This document shows, in pieces, positions 41,726-52,629 of a stretch of 64,000 bases of DNA; the stretch's first letter is position 1; each line of letters opens with the position of its first letter. The position numbers and the translations under genes are program-made. Source of the DNA: Patellaria atrata CBS 101060 (Eukaryota); assembly GCA_010093705.1 (NCBI GenBank), contig MU006100.1, positions 62,001 to 126,000 of the forward strand, written 5' to 3'. The notes beneath the pieces were generated by a model. It made no database searches. It was not told the origin of the DNA and saw nothing but the letters and a program-made list of their open reading frames with translations.

Positions 41726-42060
41726 ATGGAATCGCATCTGTCCTCCATTACGTCAGGTCTTATTATTGGCAGTTGCGGGTTGCTTGGATACCACATCGTA
41801 AAACAACTCATCAAAGTTGATAGCGGAACGGATGTGACAGTTCTGGATGTTGAACATTTTTCAACATAATTCCAAGAGCGAATTGTATACAGGGACGCAT
41901 AAGCTCTCACAACGGCGTGTTAGGTGTGCTCAAAGAGACCCAACCACGAACGATTATGAAAACACCATCACCGAAGCTTTTGAGCAGGAAATGCCAAACG
42001 TAGATTGATAGAAGTAGACATCGTAAGGACACGGATTCTTCCCGAATGTATACGCTCCAG
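41726..42060 (+). pseudogene. N-terminal relic of a 3-beta-HSD/Erg26-like extended SDR
   Basis: GLIIGSCGLLGYHIVKQL..DVTVLDV, then a stop and frameshifts through IQGRISS..VLKETQPRTIMKTPSP and IEVDIVRTRILPECI. Confidence 0.6.
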
Positions 42061-43186
42061 ACATGTCCTTACTCCACGACAATTTCACAAACATAGTCAA
42101 GGGAACGCGCACTTACGGTTCGAGCCTGAGTAGAAAGATTACTAGCCTCACCCCGAAACCGTTCCCCAAGAATAGGTTATTTTTACTCGGCTTTGAACCT
42201 TGGAGTGAAGACTTTTATCAATTTTATGTTAACATGATGGTGATGAAGGCCGGGAAGCTTTATGTCACTCAATCTAAGAAGGCTATGTTATGATTTAATT
42301 TGTTACATGGAACGCAAGAAAAAGGATTTATTTTCTACAACTGCTGTTCATCGTAGTGATCCCCATGCTAAGGGGGCCTAAGCTCTAATAAGGTGGGTGA
42401 AACGCTTACCTCAACGCCTCCCTTCGTGTCACCAGTATCCTTTCTTGCTGGTTTTTCTCTCTTTTTCGTGATTATTTTTATGGTTCATACTCAAACAACT
42501 CGGTTCAACATGTGGTCATTGAGATGTCGTTTACCCATTTCATTCTTAGATTATCCTTCCTCAGAGAGAAAACTGGTAGTTAAACGAGAAAACCGTGTTG
42601 AGGGTATTCTACCCGTCTATGGGTGTTGACATTCACAATTGCTTCATGAAGAGATGCATTGGATCAATTTGCTTTTATTGGTGATCCCTTTTCCCTACTT
42701 GAGGACTCATTTAATTTGTACAGAAACAAACTAGGAAGGATAGTTTTCGTCTTATCGGGTGTCTTAGGTAAGCCTTCACGATAATCTTAACTTCTTACGG
42801 TAAATCGCTTCTCAATTCTTCCATACTCAATATCTATACCTGAATTGATGGTAACCAAACATTTTCCTTATGTTCAATTCAATTTTAAGAACAACCACTA
42901 AGAGCCGTGCGCTCAGCCCCCACAACATAACACCATCCTCAACCTAGATCTGGACTTCAGAGCTCACCAAACAGAGCGCGTTACTATCCGATGGCGCAGG
43001 CAGGGGGCGCTGGTTTGACGGTAATCTGAATATTCAGCACGAGCCAAAAAATACTTATGTTAGGTATGCATAGAGTTTATACCGTTAAGCCAAGCTCGTC
43101 TTCCCGACAATAAAAGGTATGGAAGCTGTTAGACTTCCTGAGACCAGTTGTCCTAGAGATGTTCCTCTTCAGTCTTATACGCAAAT

Positions 43187-44023
43187 ATGACAAAACATAA
43201 AATTGCTCTTATTGTCGGCGCACATCCAGACGACTGTGTTCTAGGCGCCGGAGGCGTTTCTATACTCCTAATCCGAGCTGGATGGAGGGTGATATTTCTT
43301 ACTATGTCGGACGGCGAGCTAGGTGGGAACCCGACAGTGCGGATATCAGAGGAAAATGAGTGTGCGCGAACCCTTGGAGTTCACGTCGAATATGGTCACT
43401 TGCCAGATGGAAACATCACCAGCGTTGAGGCCGTTAAGGTCCTTGAAACGAAACTCACAGAGCATCGACCCTCCTTGATCTTCGTACATGCACCGGCCGA
43501 CAGCCACAAAGATCACCGTATCGTTAGCAAATCTCTTCAGTCGGCAGCTCGGAGGTACTCCAGCATCTTGTTCTATGAAGGACCATCATCCGTGGACTTT
43601 AAACCTGCTATGAGAATAAGACTCGAAGCTTGTGTGCGAGAGCTAAAGCAGCAAGCACTGCTCGCACATTTGTCACAAAGTACACGAGTTCGAACGACTG
43701 AATGGATAGAAGCCACGGGGAGGTATCGTGCGTGGCCTCATTTTGCTGATGATTGCTGTGAAGCTTTTGTGCCATTGAGAATGGACATAGGCTTGCTCTT
43801 AAATCCTGTTTCACCGGTCGATACACTAAGCTATGTTGTTCCTCATGTGGATCAACTTGCACTAGGAACGGATATGAACTTGCTATCAGACTTGACTTCA
43901 CTGGAAATGTTAAAAGATTGTCCCGTGTCGCGTAAAGATCACGTTCTGTTCTTTCTCGGTGGATTGCTCAGTCTCACATTAGCATTTGTTTTCTCCTGGA
44001 GTTCTTATCTTGTGACTGCTTAA
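43187..44023 (+). CDS. LmbE/PIG-L family Zn-dependent deacetylase, bacterial-type, intronless, with C-terminal hydrophobic tail
   Basis: GAHPDD, TMSDGELGG, DSHKDH, YEGPSS and KQQALLAHLSQ motifs in a single 278-aa ORF. Confidence 0.8.
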   Translation: MTKHKIALIVGAHPDDCVLGAGGVSILLIRAGWRVIFLTMSDGELGGNPTVRISEENECARTLGVHVEYGHLPDGNITSVEAVKVLETKLTEHRPSLIFVHAPADSHKDHRIVSKSLQSAARRYSSILFYEGPSSVDFKPAMRIRLEACVRELKQQALLAHLSQSTRVRTTEWIEATGRYRAWPHFADDCCEAFVPLRMDIGLLLNPVSPVDTLSYVVPHVDQLALGTDMNLLSDLTSLEMLKDCPVSRKDHVLFFLGGLLSLTLAFVFSWSSYLVTA

Positions 44024-44248
44024 ACTGGTTTATCGGTTGAATCTTGATTGCAATTCAGCGAACTTCTCCTCTTGTTCGACAAGCAGAAGAGACGGATGAA
44101 AGAAGATTTGAAGCTTGATAATGAGAGGATATCGGGAGACTAATATCGATCTGAAGCGCATCCTATTCTTCTCCTATGGTAAAGTTATAGACAGCTTCAT
44201 AAAGCAGCATACTGCAGATAAGGATTGCCCTGGTAGTGGGAATAGTAC

Positions 44249-45245
44249 CTACAACGTTGACACATTTTCTTTGTGTATTTCGGCAATCATACCCTCCCTC
44301 TTCCTAACGCCTTCTTTCCAGGTGTGATATCGTGTCTCATACCACTTAGAGATTCCGGCCGTGCAGCTTTTAGAGATAAATTCTGCAAGCTCTACGCCGT
44401 CTCTTATTGCCGCATTTGCGCCGTTACCGCCAATGATCGGCTCAGCATGTATCGAGTCGCCCATAAAAAACACGCCTTTCGGGGCGAGATGTTGAAGCTC
44501 CAAAAGATTAATTACGATTGAGCGCATTAAACAGTGCAAAGTTCGCTCATAGCTGAGCTTCTCTGCATCGAACACCTCTTTAAAAGGCTTCTCGAGACCT
44601 TGAAGATTTCTAATCTCTGTATAGAACTCTTCCGGTATATCAGAAGCTCCGGAGACTGGTCGATTAGGTTTATGGAGTGGATCGGAACTTCCTCGAGCTG
44701 GCCTTAAGTAAACCCAAAAGACGCTGACCATATCAGGAGTTTGTTCGTTGACGGAGATACTAAGAACCGTATCCTTCCGTTTTAGCTCGATAACATTTGT
44801 GTCTTTCATTGCTGGAGCATAGACCTCGTCAAATAGACTACATTTTACTCTTCTTTTACCATTAAAAGCGACAAAAGGAAGCACATTGAACTCGGTCGCT
44901 GGTGACAGAGATTTCTTTGTATTAGAATGAGGCGCATCGACGCCAATGATGCAGTTGCTCCTGAGGTTTTAGCCGTTCTGGAAGCATAGAGCCATATCAC
45001 CATCTATTTCTTTGACTTCATCAAGTGCATGTCCCCATTGGACGTCAAGGCCTTCACGCAGAAGTTTCTCTAGCTTCTCTTGGTGCGCACGAAAGGAACC
45101 GGACTCCAATCCGGTCCTGTTAACCAGAAACTTAGAGTTTATGGCACCGTTTCCACCCATTGTCGCATCAACCGCAACGCGATGCTTTAAGGTCTCCTCG
45201 TCCATACCGAGAACATGGAGACTGCAAACAGTTGAAAGAGCTAGG
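44249..45245 (-). pseudogene. FAD-dependent monooxygenase, 5'-truncated with in-frame stop at 44969-44971
   Basis: CFQNG*NLRSNCIIGVDAPHS (DG-type motif) is in frame with MGDSIHAEPIIGGNGANAAIRDG (GD motif). No GxGxxG N-terminus found. Confidence 0.75.
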
Positions 45246-45339
45246 GGAAATTATTCGATCAGGAACTGAGCATATTGGGTCAAGAAGTCGACCACGTCTT
45301 TTCGTGGGGCGAAATACATGGTTAAATAATTGATAACGT

Positions 45340-45600
45340 AAGAATTTGATACGCTGGATGACCATTATCTTGTGGAATCACTTCATTCAAGTACTAGCTT
45401 TCCGGCTGGATTTAGATGACCTTCTAACAGTCCAATTTGTTCGAGACATATAACACGCATTAACCATCGAGGAAGACGATGAGCACCTTGACGAGGATGG
45501 TATACCTGATCGAGACTTACTCATTTCGTTTACATGGGGTATAGTTGTAATTAACAAGGGCGAATAACAATGGGATTCTTGGTCGGACATCTATTTTATT
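45340..45600 (+). pseudogene. Fragment resembling the winged-helix region of fungal NACHT(-ankyrin) NLR proteins
   Basis: LLTVQFVRDI*HALTIEEDDEHLDEDGIPDRDLLISFTWGIVVINKGE* resembles the recalled consensus LTV.EL.HALAIE.GD..LDEDNIPD...LVSVCAGLV.ID. Confidence 0.5.
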
Positions 45601-45802
45601 TCATACCCCTTACATTCTGAAGGAGGTGTGGCAAGGATCTGGGGCTACGTTGATATGTCGTCTTAGAGACTAAGAACAAAAGACTCTATTTGAAGCAATC
45701 ATGTGAAATTTTAAATATTACGAAGGTTGGGGAGGAGCAGGTCCAGAAGACGCGCGACAACAAGCATATTAACTACTCTAGAGAAGAATATGGTTGCTGA
45801 CT

Positions 45803-46684
45803 CTATCCCCGTAACAGTGGAAGCACATACAAGCTTACAATCCACGCATTGTACAGCCGGAAAGAGACCTTATCTGCCTTGGGATTACGATAAACGAGGA
45901 ATCTACCGCCAACAACAGATCCTAAGAGCAGAGATAGAGCCAACCATTTCATACCCACCTGCCAGAAGACTGGGCACAAGTAGGACCAGATTCCAACTCC
46001 AATTGCAACAGTTGACCTGGCCGCGCTATCTCCGATGACCAGTGGCATGGTCCAACGGCCGCGTTGGCTATCGCCTTCTTGATCCTGCAAATCTTGCGCT
46101 TGTATGGTAGTCAAAATAACGAGAGCGACCACGACGAACCATTGGTAAGCCTTCGGCTCGAGAAGGCTAAGAGAACGATTTGAGAGCACTTCCACCGCTC
46201 CGGAAGCGAAACCAAGATATCCCAGCGCATTTATGAGGTTCCTGACGATGCAGCTACCGTCCGACCCACGGAGGTCGTTATACCAGTACCCCAGGGCTAC
46301 GAGATAAAGGCATGAAGGTAAGCCCCCAGTATACAGGCTGGATAGTATCGCGACAACGTAAAACACGAGCATCACCCGGAACGCTTGGTCTGGGGTCAGT
46401 CTCTTCGATGGAAGCGGCCGCCAGGGTTTGTTGATTACGTCTTCCATAATGCTATCTGGCTTTCTCTGGTTGTCGATATCGAAGGGTAAGAGTTGGCACC
46501 ACACCCAGAATCCTGCTATCGGTACGCGCTTCATGACTTCTAACGTTGAAGTCGAGGGGTCAGCTAATGCGAAGACTACGGCGAATAAAGTATTCGGTCC
46601 CCAGATCGTTTTTAAGTCGCTACGCGTGAAAAGCCATATGGTATACACATGATACGGCAATTGACGGATTGAAAAACGGCTCAT
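45803..46684 (-). CDS. UbiA-superfamily membrane protein, Fma-TC-like (putative sesquiterpene cyclase), intronless
   Basis: YHVYTIWLFTRSDLKTI, NQRKPDSIMEDVINKPWRPLPSKRL, YNDLRG and QAQDLQDQEGDSQRGRWTMPL. Multiple TM helices. Confidence 0.8.
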   Translation of the reverse strand: MSRFSIRQLPYHVYTIWLFTRSDLKTIWGPNTLFAVVFALADPSTSTLEVMKRVPIAGFWVWCQLLPFDIDNQRKPDSIMEDVINKPWRPLPSKRLTPDQAFRVMLVFYVVAILSSLYTGGLPSCLYLVALGYWYNDLRGSDGSCIVRNLINALGYLGFASGAVEVLSNRSLSLLEPKAYQWFVVVALVILTTIQAQDLQDQEGDSQRGRWTMPLVIGDSAARSTVAIGVGIWSYLCPVFWQVGMKWLALSLLLGSVVGGRFLVYRNPKADKVSFRLYNAWIVSLYVLPLLRG

Positions 46685-48954
46685 TGTCTGCGAAGAAGTT
46701 AACAAGAACCATTTAACATCTTCGAGTGCCCTAACCTATTGTATAAGTGCGGGTGAATTATAATATGGGAATTTTTTTTCGCTTAGATATGTATCGTAGT
46801 TGAGATTTCAATGAAGAAATGATTATAGAGATGGGTGTGATGTGATATAAAAGGGCCAGAAGCCTGTACACCCTCAAATTGTCTAATGTGGCACTGTGAT
46901 ACCCTAGAGAGTGTAAACACCTGAATCGTATATCCCTCGTTGTACAGTGAACCTCCGAGTCGTACACCTCACAATCGAACGCTCTCAAATTGTGGACCGC
47001 TATCCTGATAGATACACCCACTGTTACCACTACTCGGATAAGGATTTGAATCAGTTGAAGGATACCCGGATAGAAGTTTGAGAGATTGCTCACCGTGACG
47101 GGATAAGGTCTGAATCGTACCCACAATAACTGCTAAATTCACCTGTCTTGAATTCTTGACAATCACTGGTTGACTGGTACCTTATCGCAGTCTTCGATGG
47201 CCGTTGCACTCGTTCGAGAGAAGTAGCACTTACCTGCCAAACTGGCCTATATCACTACGAGAGAGTGCCATATAAGGGCCCGTTCTACCGCTTTTTGGCA
47301 ATGATCTTCCCCAGAGCATATCCTAACGAGTACCATGATAAACGTTAAGCTAATCAATATTACACGAAGAGCGATAAGTGCTTATTATGGCGGCCGGATT
47401 AACCAAACGAAATTGATTCCGTTCCTGATGGCGAAGGGATTGCCGGTAAGTTTTCGATCGAAAAGCTTGTTCCGTCCATTACTAGAACAAAAGATAATTG
47501 ACGTTAAAGGAGTAAAGGTAATCGGAATAAGGGAGGAAAAGCTTATGAGATAAAGAACACGACTGTGGGATATGAATAGTAACAAGTTATAATTCAAGGA
47601 AGTCCGAGGAAGGTGTTAGCATGCTGTCGATACTACCCTATTTGAAAGGATTGACAGTAGAACTGTCCCCTACCCACATATTGTGAACCTTTGAAAACGA
47701 TTGTGCTCCACAAAGCATGACAGGGTATTTCCATGCATTACAAACTTTGAGGTACTGCTAAAGCTCGAGAGCACACTGTTTTTGAACCATCGGTGGTTGC
47801 TAAGATCAATACGAGTGACAGGGAGCAATACAAAGAGAACAGAACCGGTGTCCACAAAAGAATATCGACGTGGTGGGACCAGCTCGGCCGCTAATAGAAG
47901 TATGAAGTCGGTGTTACACTACTATCAAAGGAAAATATTGGTTTTTGTATCGACAAGCTGTCACGGGTTAGACCCGATAGGTATAAGTGCCTTGGATGAT
48001 CCAGCGGCTTAGTCATACCGTACTTTAGCAGAACAGCATATGCTGTCTCAACACTGTCTTTCCTTAAGTTTAAGCTTCATGTACATGTAGCAATATACCT
48101 TGCAGCTTCCATCTGAGGTTGAGCCATGATACAAGCATTCGAACGCGCATAAAGAAAAGTCTGAGCGTTTGGGAACCAGTGTTTTCTGCAATAACATGGT
48201 GGACAGGTCTAGTATGAACCGAATGTACTTATCCGGACCCAGTTATAAGATATGAAATTTGACGGGATCAGTACATGCAATATTGTATACCCTGTTTAGA
48301 GATTGCTGATCCCCTTTCCGAAACTTAGGTTTTCTAAGAACAGAAGAACGGATATAAAGCTGACGGAAATTAAGAGGTCCCCCTTGAACCATTGCGAACA
48401 ACTCTAATGTGCTAATACACACTCGTCTTACTTAACTAACGGATGAATAGCAGAAATTTGTATGACAAGATAACGAAGTTAAGTAGACACTAATACGACT
48501 TAGAAAGGGTGATTTGAATAAGAAACCGATGCTTTACTCTTTCTTGCATTCATCAGGATGCTAAACTCGTTGTTCTATTAGGAAACCTGGCATTACTATT
48601 GTAGTACAGTACCCTAATGGTATAAAGATTCCCCTTCGAAGGCTTCATGTACTGATGGAGAATGAGAGGAAGATGAAGTTTGTCAGAATGAGGAGTGAGA
48701 ATGAACAGCGGTTCCCGCACCTAGAATATTATTATAAGATTTTGCATTAATGTGTCACATACGGCCACAGAAGAGTATCCCGTCCGTTCTACCACTAAAG
48801 GGTAACTCTACTATATTAGTATTAAAAAAGACACCGGTTTTAGGATTCTAAGTCCGTAAATTAGATTTTAGAAATCTTAAATATAGTAATAACTTTATAA
48901 CGTAATGTATATTCTTAACAATGCTAGTATTTTTTTGCTTTCTAACCTTTCTAT

Positions 48955-49596
48955 TGTTACAACGGGAGTCTATACTTATCAAGACGGAGCTGGATAAGTC
49001 NNNNNNNNNNNNNNNNNNNNNNNNNNNNNNNNNNNNNNNNNNNNNNNNNNNNNNNNNNNNNNNNNNNNNNNNNNNNNNNNNNNNNNNNNNNNNNNNNNNN
49101 NNNNNNNNNNNNNNNNNNNNNNNNNNNNNNNNNNNNNNNNNNNNNNNNNNNNNNNNNNNNNNNNNNNNNNNNNNNNNNNNNNNNNNNNNNNNNNNNNNNN
49201 NNNNNNNNNNNNNNNNNNNNNNNNNNNNNNNNNNNNNNNNNNNNNNNNNNNNNNNNNNNNNNNNNNNNNNNNNNNNNNNNNNNNNNNNNNNNNNNNNNNN
49301 NNNNNNNNNNNNNNNNNNNNNNNNNNNNNNNNNNNNNNNNNNNNNNNNNNNNNNNNNNNNNNNNNNNNNNNNNNNNNNNNNNNNNNNNNNNNNNNNNNNN
49401 NNNNNNNNNNNNNNNNNNNNGTCGTTCTGGTCGTTTGGTCGTTTGGTCGTTTCTCTCACGACCGAAACGTCCGCACGTCCAAACACCCAAGTCACGTGAC
49501 TCGTTGTTACTCGTTTCACCCGCAGTTCTCCCGAGTGGTCTTCCTTTCTTCCCCTCACTCGTTGTCTGCATGTTCCTACAACTTGTGGCCGTAACA
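48955..49596. mobile_element. LTR retrotransposon insertion (solo LTR or collapsed element) spanning the N gap
   Basis: Begins TGTTAC (48955) and ends GTAACA (49596), with identical 5-bp TSD TCTAT at 48950-48954 and 49597-49601. Confidence 0.8.
49001..49420. other. Assembly gap (420 N)
   Basis: Run of n. Confidence 1.
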
Positions 49597-49818
49597 TCTA
49601 TGCCCCTTGGAACTACTTGGCCCCCAACTGCCCGGTTCAATAATCACCGGCTTGTCGTATATCAGTCGCGGTCACCGCACTAGCTAGTTGCCTTATGGGC
49701 GTTTTCCCTCCATTGTTAACCTTCAACTTTTTGTAATACATAAGTGTATTTTTCTATTCCCTGTCGCAGAGAAAAAAAGAGAAGAGTTAGTTATGAAGAC
49801 ACGGCGCAGCTATTTGTA

Positions 49819-51588
49819 ATGGCAGAGTCGCCGTTCCTCAACGACGAGCCGCTCCTGTTCCAGCAAAGCCTTGACCACGGCCCGGATACCGGTATAGAAA
49901 AGCCTCAACACAATCCTCACAATCGGCAACAGCCGAACTTTTACTTGTACATGCGATGGCTCGGAAACGGGTGGTTCGGCGAGCTCGTTGCCGTGCTCTC
50001 CAGCTGCGCCCTTGTTATCGCCCTATGCGTCATTCTCAAGAAATACGATGGACAGCCGCTGTTGTCGTTCGGAAGCTTCTTCAACTCGAGCATCACGCTG
50101 GGCACGCTGGTCTCGTGTCAGATATAAGCCTTACTGCCAAACTCGGCATTAAGGTCGACCTTTTGCCGTAGTGGTATAATCTCACATCTCGCTACTTACC
50201 ACCCTGGCCATGTCAACAGCAAGAGCCAGTCGCGGGCTCACCAGCAGTGTACAGCTGCTGTGGAAGCTCCGTTTAACACCCACAGCCTCCTTCGCTGCGA
50301 CGCTCGCGATTGTCCACCTAGCGATTACACCACTGGCGCAACAGTCGCTGCTGTCTCTATCGGTGCCTGTCGTTGACCTCGACGGAATGGCCACTATTCC
50401 CGTCGCGAAGGATTGGTTTGAGCCTCCCCCGCAGACCTGGACCCCGAATATGTCTTTTGACTATACTGCGATTTCGTCAGGGATGAAAGGTGCTATATTT
50501 AACGGCTTCTTTACAAGCACCAACGTCACAATCTTAGATACTGTGCCGACTTGCACAACTGGAGATTGCACCTTCCCAGGCTACCAGTCTTTGGCCCTCT
50601 GCGCATCGAGCGCCGACGTAACTGCCCATCTTCGGAACTTATCTACGGAAGAGGAGGGTAGATGGTGTCTCTCCGGCTCGTTTTGCGCCTCCACTCGGGG
50701 GAGCATCTACCGCACTCCCGCGGCCAATATCACTTCAGCCGTGACCCAGGCTAATACGGAAGCCGGCCGAAAACAATTTTACATCGTCACTTAACTATAT
50801 ATCGCTCGCTTTTGCCGACCACATAGCTCCTGTGGCCGACTTCTACATTATATATAAGGACTGGAGTAGTAGGGCGAACTCTCAGCCGCGTGTGTGGGCG
50901 GCAGTAGAGTTTGTTCTCGACTAGTGCGTTCGGAATTTCTCTACCCAGGTCACTAACGGCACAGCCGTTACCTTACCCGGGCCGGATCCCATCATTGACT
51001 TTCACGCTCTGCCCGGTATTGAGTTTACTGTGGAACGTTCACGCACAACTCGCTGCAGCGCTCTCTGAACCTTTCGCTGTCTGGCGCCGCCTATCTAGGA
51101 GACACTGAGTCTTCCGCCGATTTTGATCAGGTGCAGAAGCTGGCTGCCCTTTTCAACGCCTACGGAACGGACCTTTGGACGCGGCGCGCGGAACGGCCTA
51201 GCTGCCCTAAACACCATGCTGGCGAACATAGCCACCAGCATGACTAACCATATACACGAAATGCCAATATTCCACCGCCAGTACGTAAAATGGCACCGCC
51301 TTTGTCCACCAGAACGTCGTGCACGTGAGCTGGTCATGGATCGCCGCGCCTACTGTCTTCTCTGTAAGCAGTCTGCTCTTCTTCGTTATCGTTGTCGCAC
51401 TCTGCAGTGTCCACCGCACTGTTAAACCGCCCTTATGGAAGTCTAGCACCATCGCTACTCTGCGTTGCCTCGACCCGCGTCTGCACCGCGAGCCAGGCGG
51501 CGCGCCTGGTCAGATGGCCCTAAGTGGTGCCGCTGACAAGCAGAGTGTGCGTCTTGTGCGTGACGGTGAGGGCTGGCTGCTGGTTTAA
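49819..51588 (+). pseudogene. DUF3176-family membrane protein pseudogene
   Basis: W..ELVAVLSS...LKKYDGQPL..ITLGTLVS, ASRG..SSVQLLW, CTTGDCTFPGYQSLALCAS, HVSWSWIAAP and PLWKSS, split by frameshifts and stops. Confidence 0.7.
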
Positions 51589-51699
51589 GGTGGAGGCCGT
51601 GAATAACGAAGGGGCCGGTGTCAAGTTTGCAGCGTTAATCAAGATATGGCACACCGCCAGCGCAACGATGGAAAGTAAACGACGAACTCAAGGAAGCCG

Positions 51700-52400
51700 C
51701 TTTGCCAGTAGCATTCATATCTACTTTGGACATCTACATACATAAACCAGCATATAGTGTAAAGGAGAACTTCTCATGGGAAAGCTTCCTTGCAGCCGGC
51801 AGCAACCTTGCTGAAGATGTTGCGAAACTTGCAGAAGACGTTAGTCGAAGCCTCCCCTTGATTGTCCCCTCGAAGCGCATCCTAATTATCAGATAGTCTC
51901 CAGAACGTCCTATACATAATCTTCATCGCGCACAGCCTGGGCGGTGTTCTACTGAAGAGGATATGCGCGAGTACTCTGTGCTCAATGCTACTAAGACCTC
52001 ACCGTATCTAGGCTTTACTTCTGGCTCGTCGGAACTTGCACGTTCAGCGATTTCAAATACTTTTAGAGTATCTATCTGGAATTGTATTTCTGGGAACGCC
52101 GCATTTTATTGTCACTGACGAACAGACTCTCATATGCCACAATAGGGTTCTGTATAACTGCGCCAATTTTGCATTGCAAAAGTTTTCCCGTAGGCTGCCG
52201 ACAAGAGATGTATTCCAGTTGTCCAATCTCGCCGTACTTTTTGAGTAGATTGCAAATGTACCTTTGCTCTCTGTCTATGGAAATGTCGGAGGTCGTTCGT
52301 CAGCGACAATGTTCCCTTGGAAAAGGAAAAAGGTGCTGTCGCCGGGTACCACTTTACACAAATTCTTACATGGCATAGGTACAAGAGAATAATTGGTTAC
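51700..52400 (+). pseudogene. Relic of a SesB/DUF676-like alpha/beta hydrolase domain
   Basis: RP..IFIAHSLGGVLLK (~51906-51960) and GIVFLGTPH (~52078-52105), interrupted by a frameshift and stops. Confidence 0.6.
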
Positions 52401-52629
52401 ATTCGTCTAGGTTAGCTCTGTAGCGCTGTGATGTTTGCTCCACATTAACGAGCCCTGCCTCCATTAAGGTACTGGCGGCTTTGTTTGTTTGCCTTTACAC
52501 ATTGTCTGTGATCGATTGTCCTCCACATGGGTAAATGGCGGATTAATCCGACAGCAGTTCTCTCAGTCTTAAGCCTGCGGATAATAGACAGCCATGAGAC
52601 GTAACGCTCACCAGACATCATTAGTCGAA

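Noticed and set aside
43187..44023. Calling the deacetylase GPI12/PIG-L
   Set aside because: It lacks the N-terminal anchor and GHxNH-type motif, and its motif pattern looks prokaryotic.
46760..48940. Possible further pseudogene or repeat relics
   Set aside because: Manual translation gave nothing recognisable. BLASTX would be needed.
48848..49640. Long ORFs containing X runs
   Set aside because: Artefacts of translating through the N gap.
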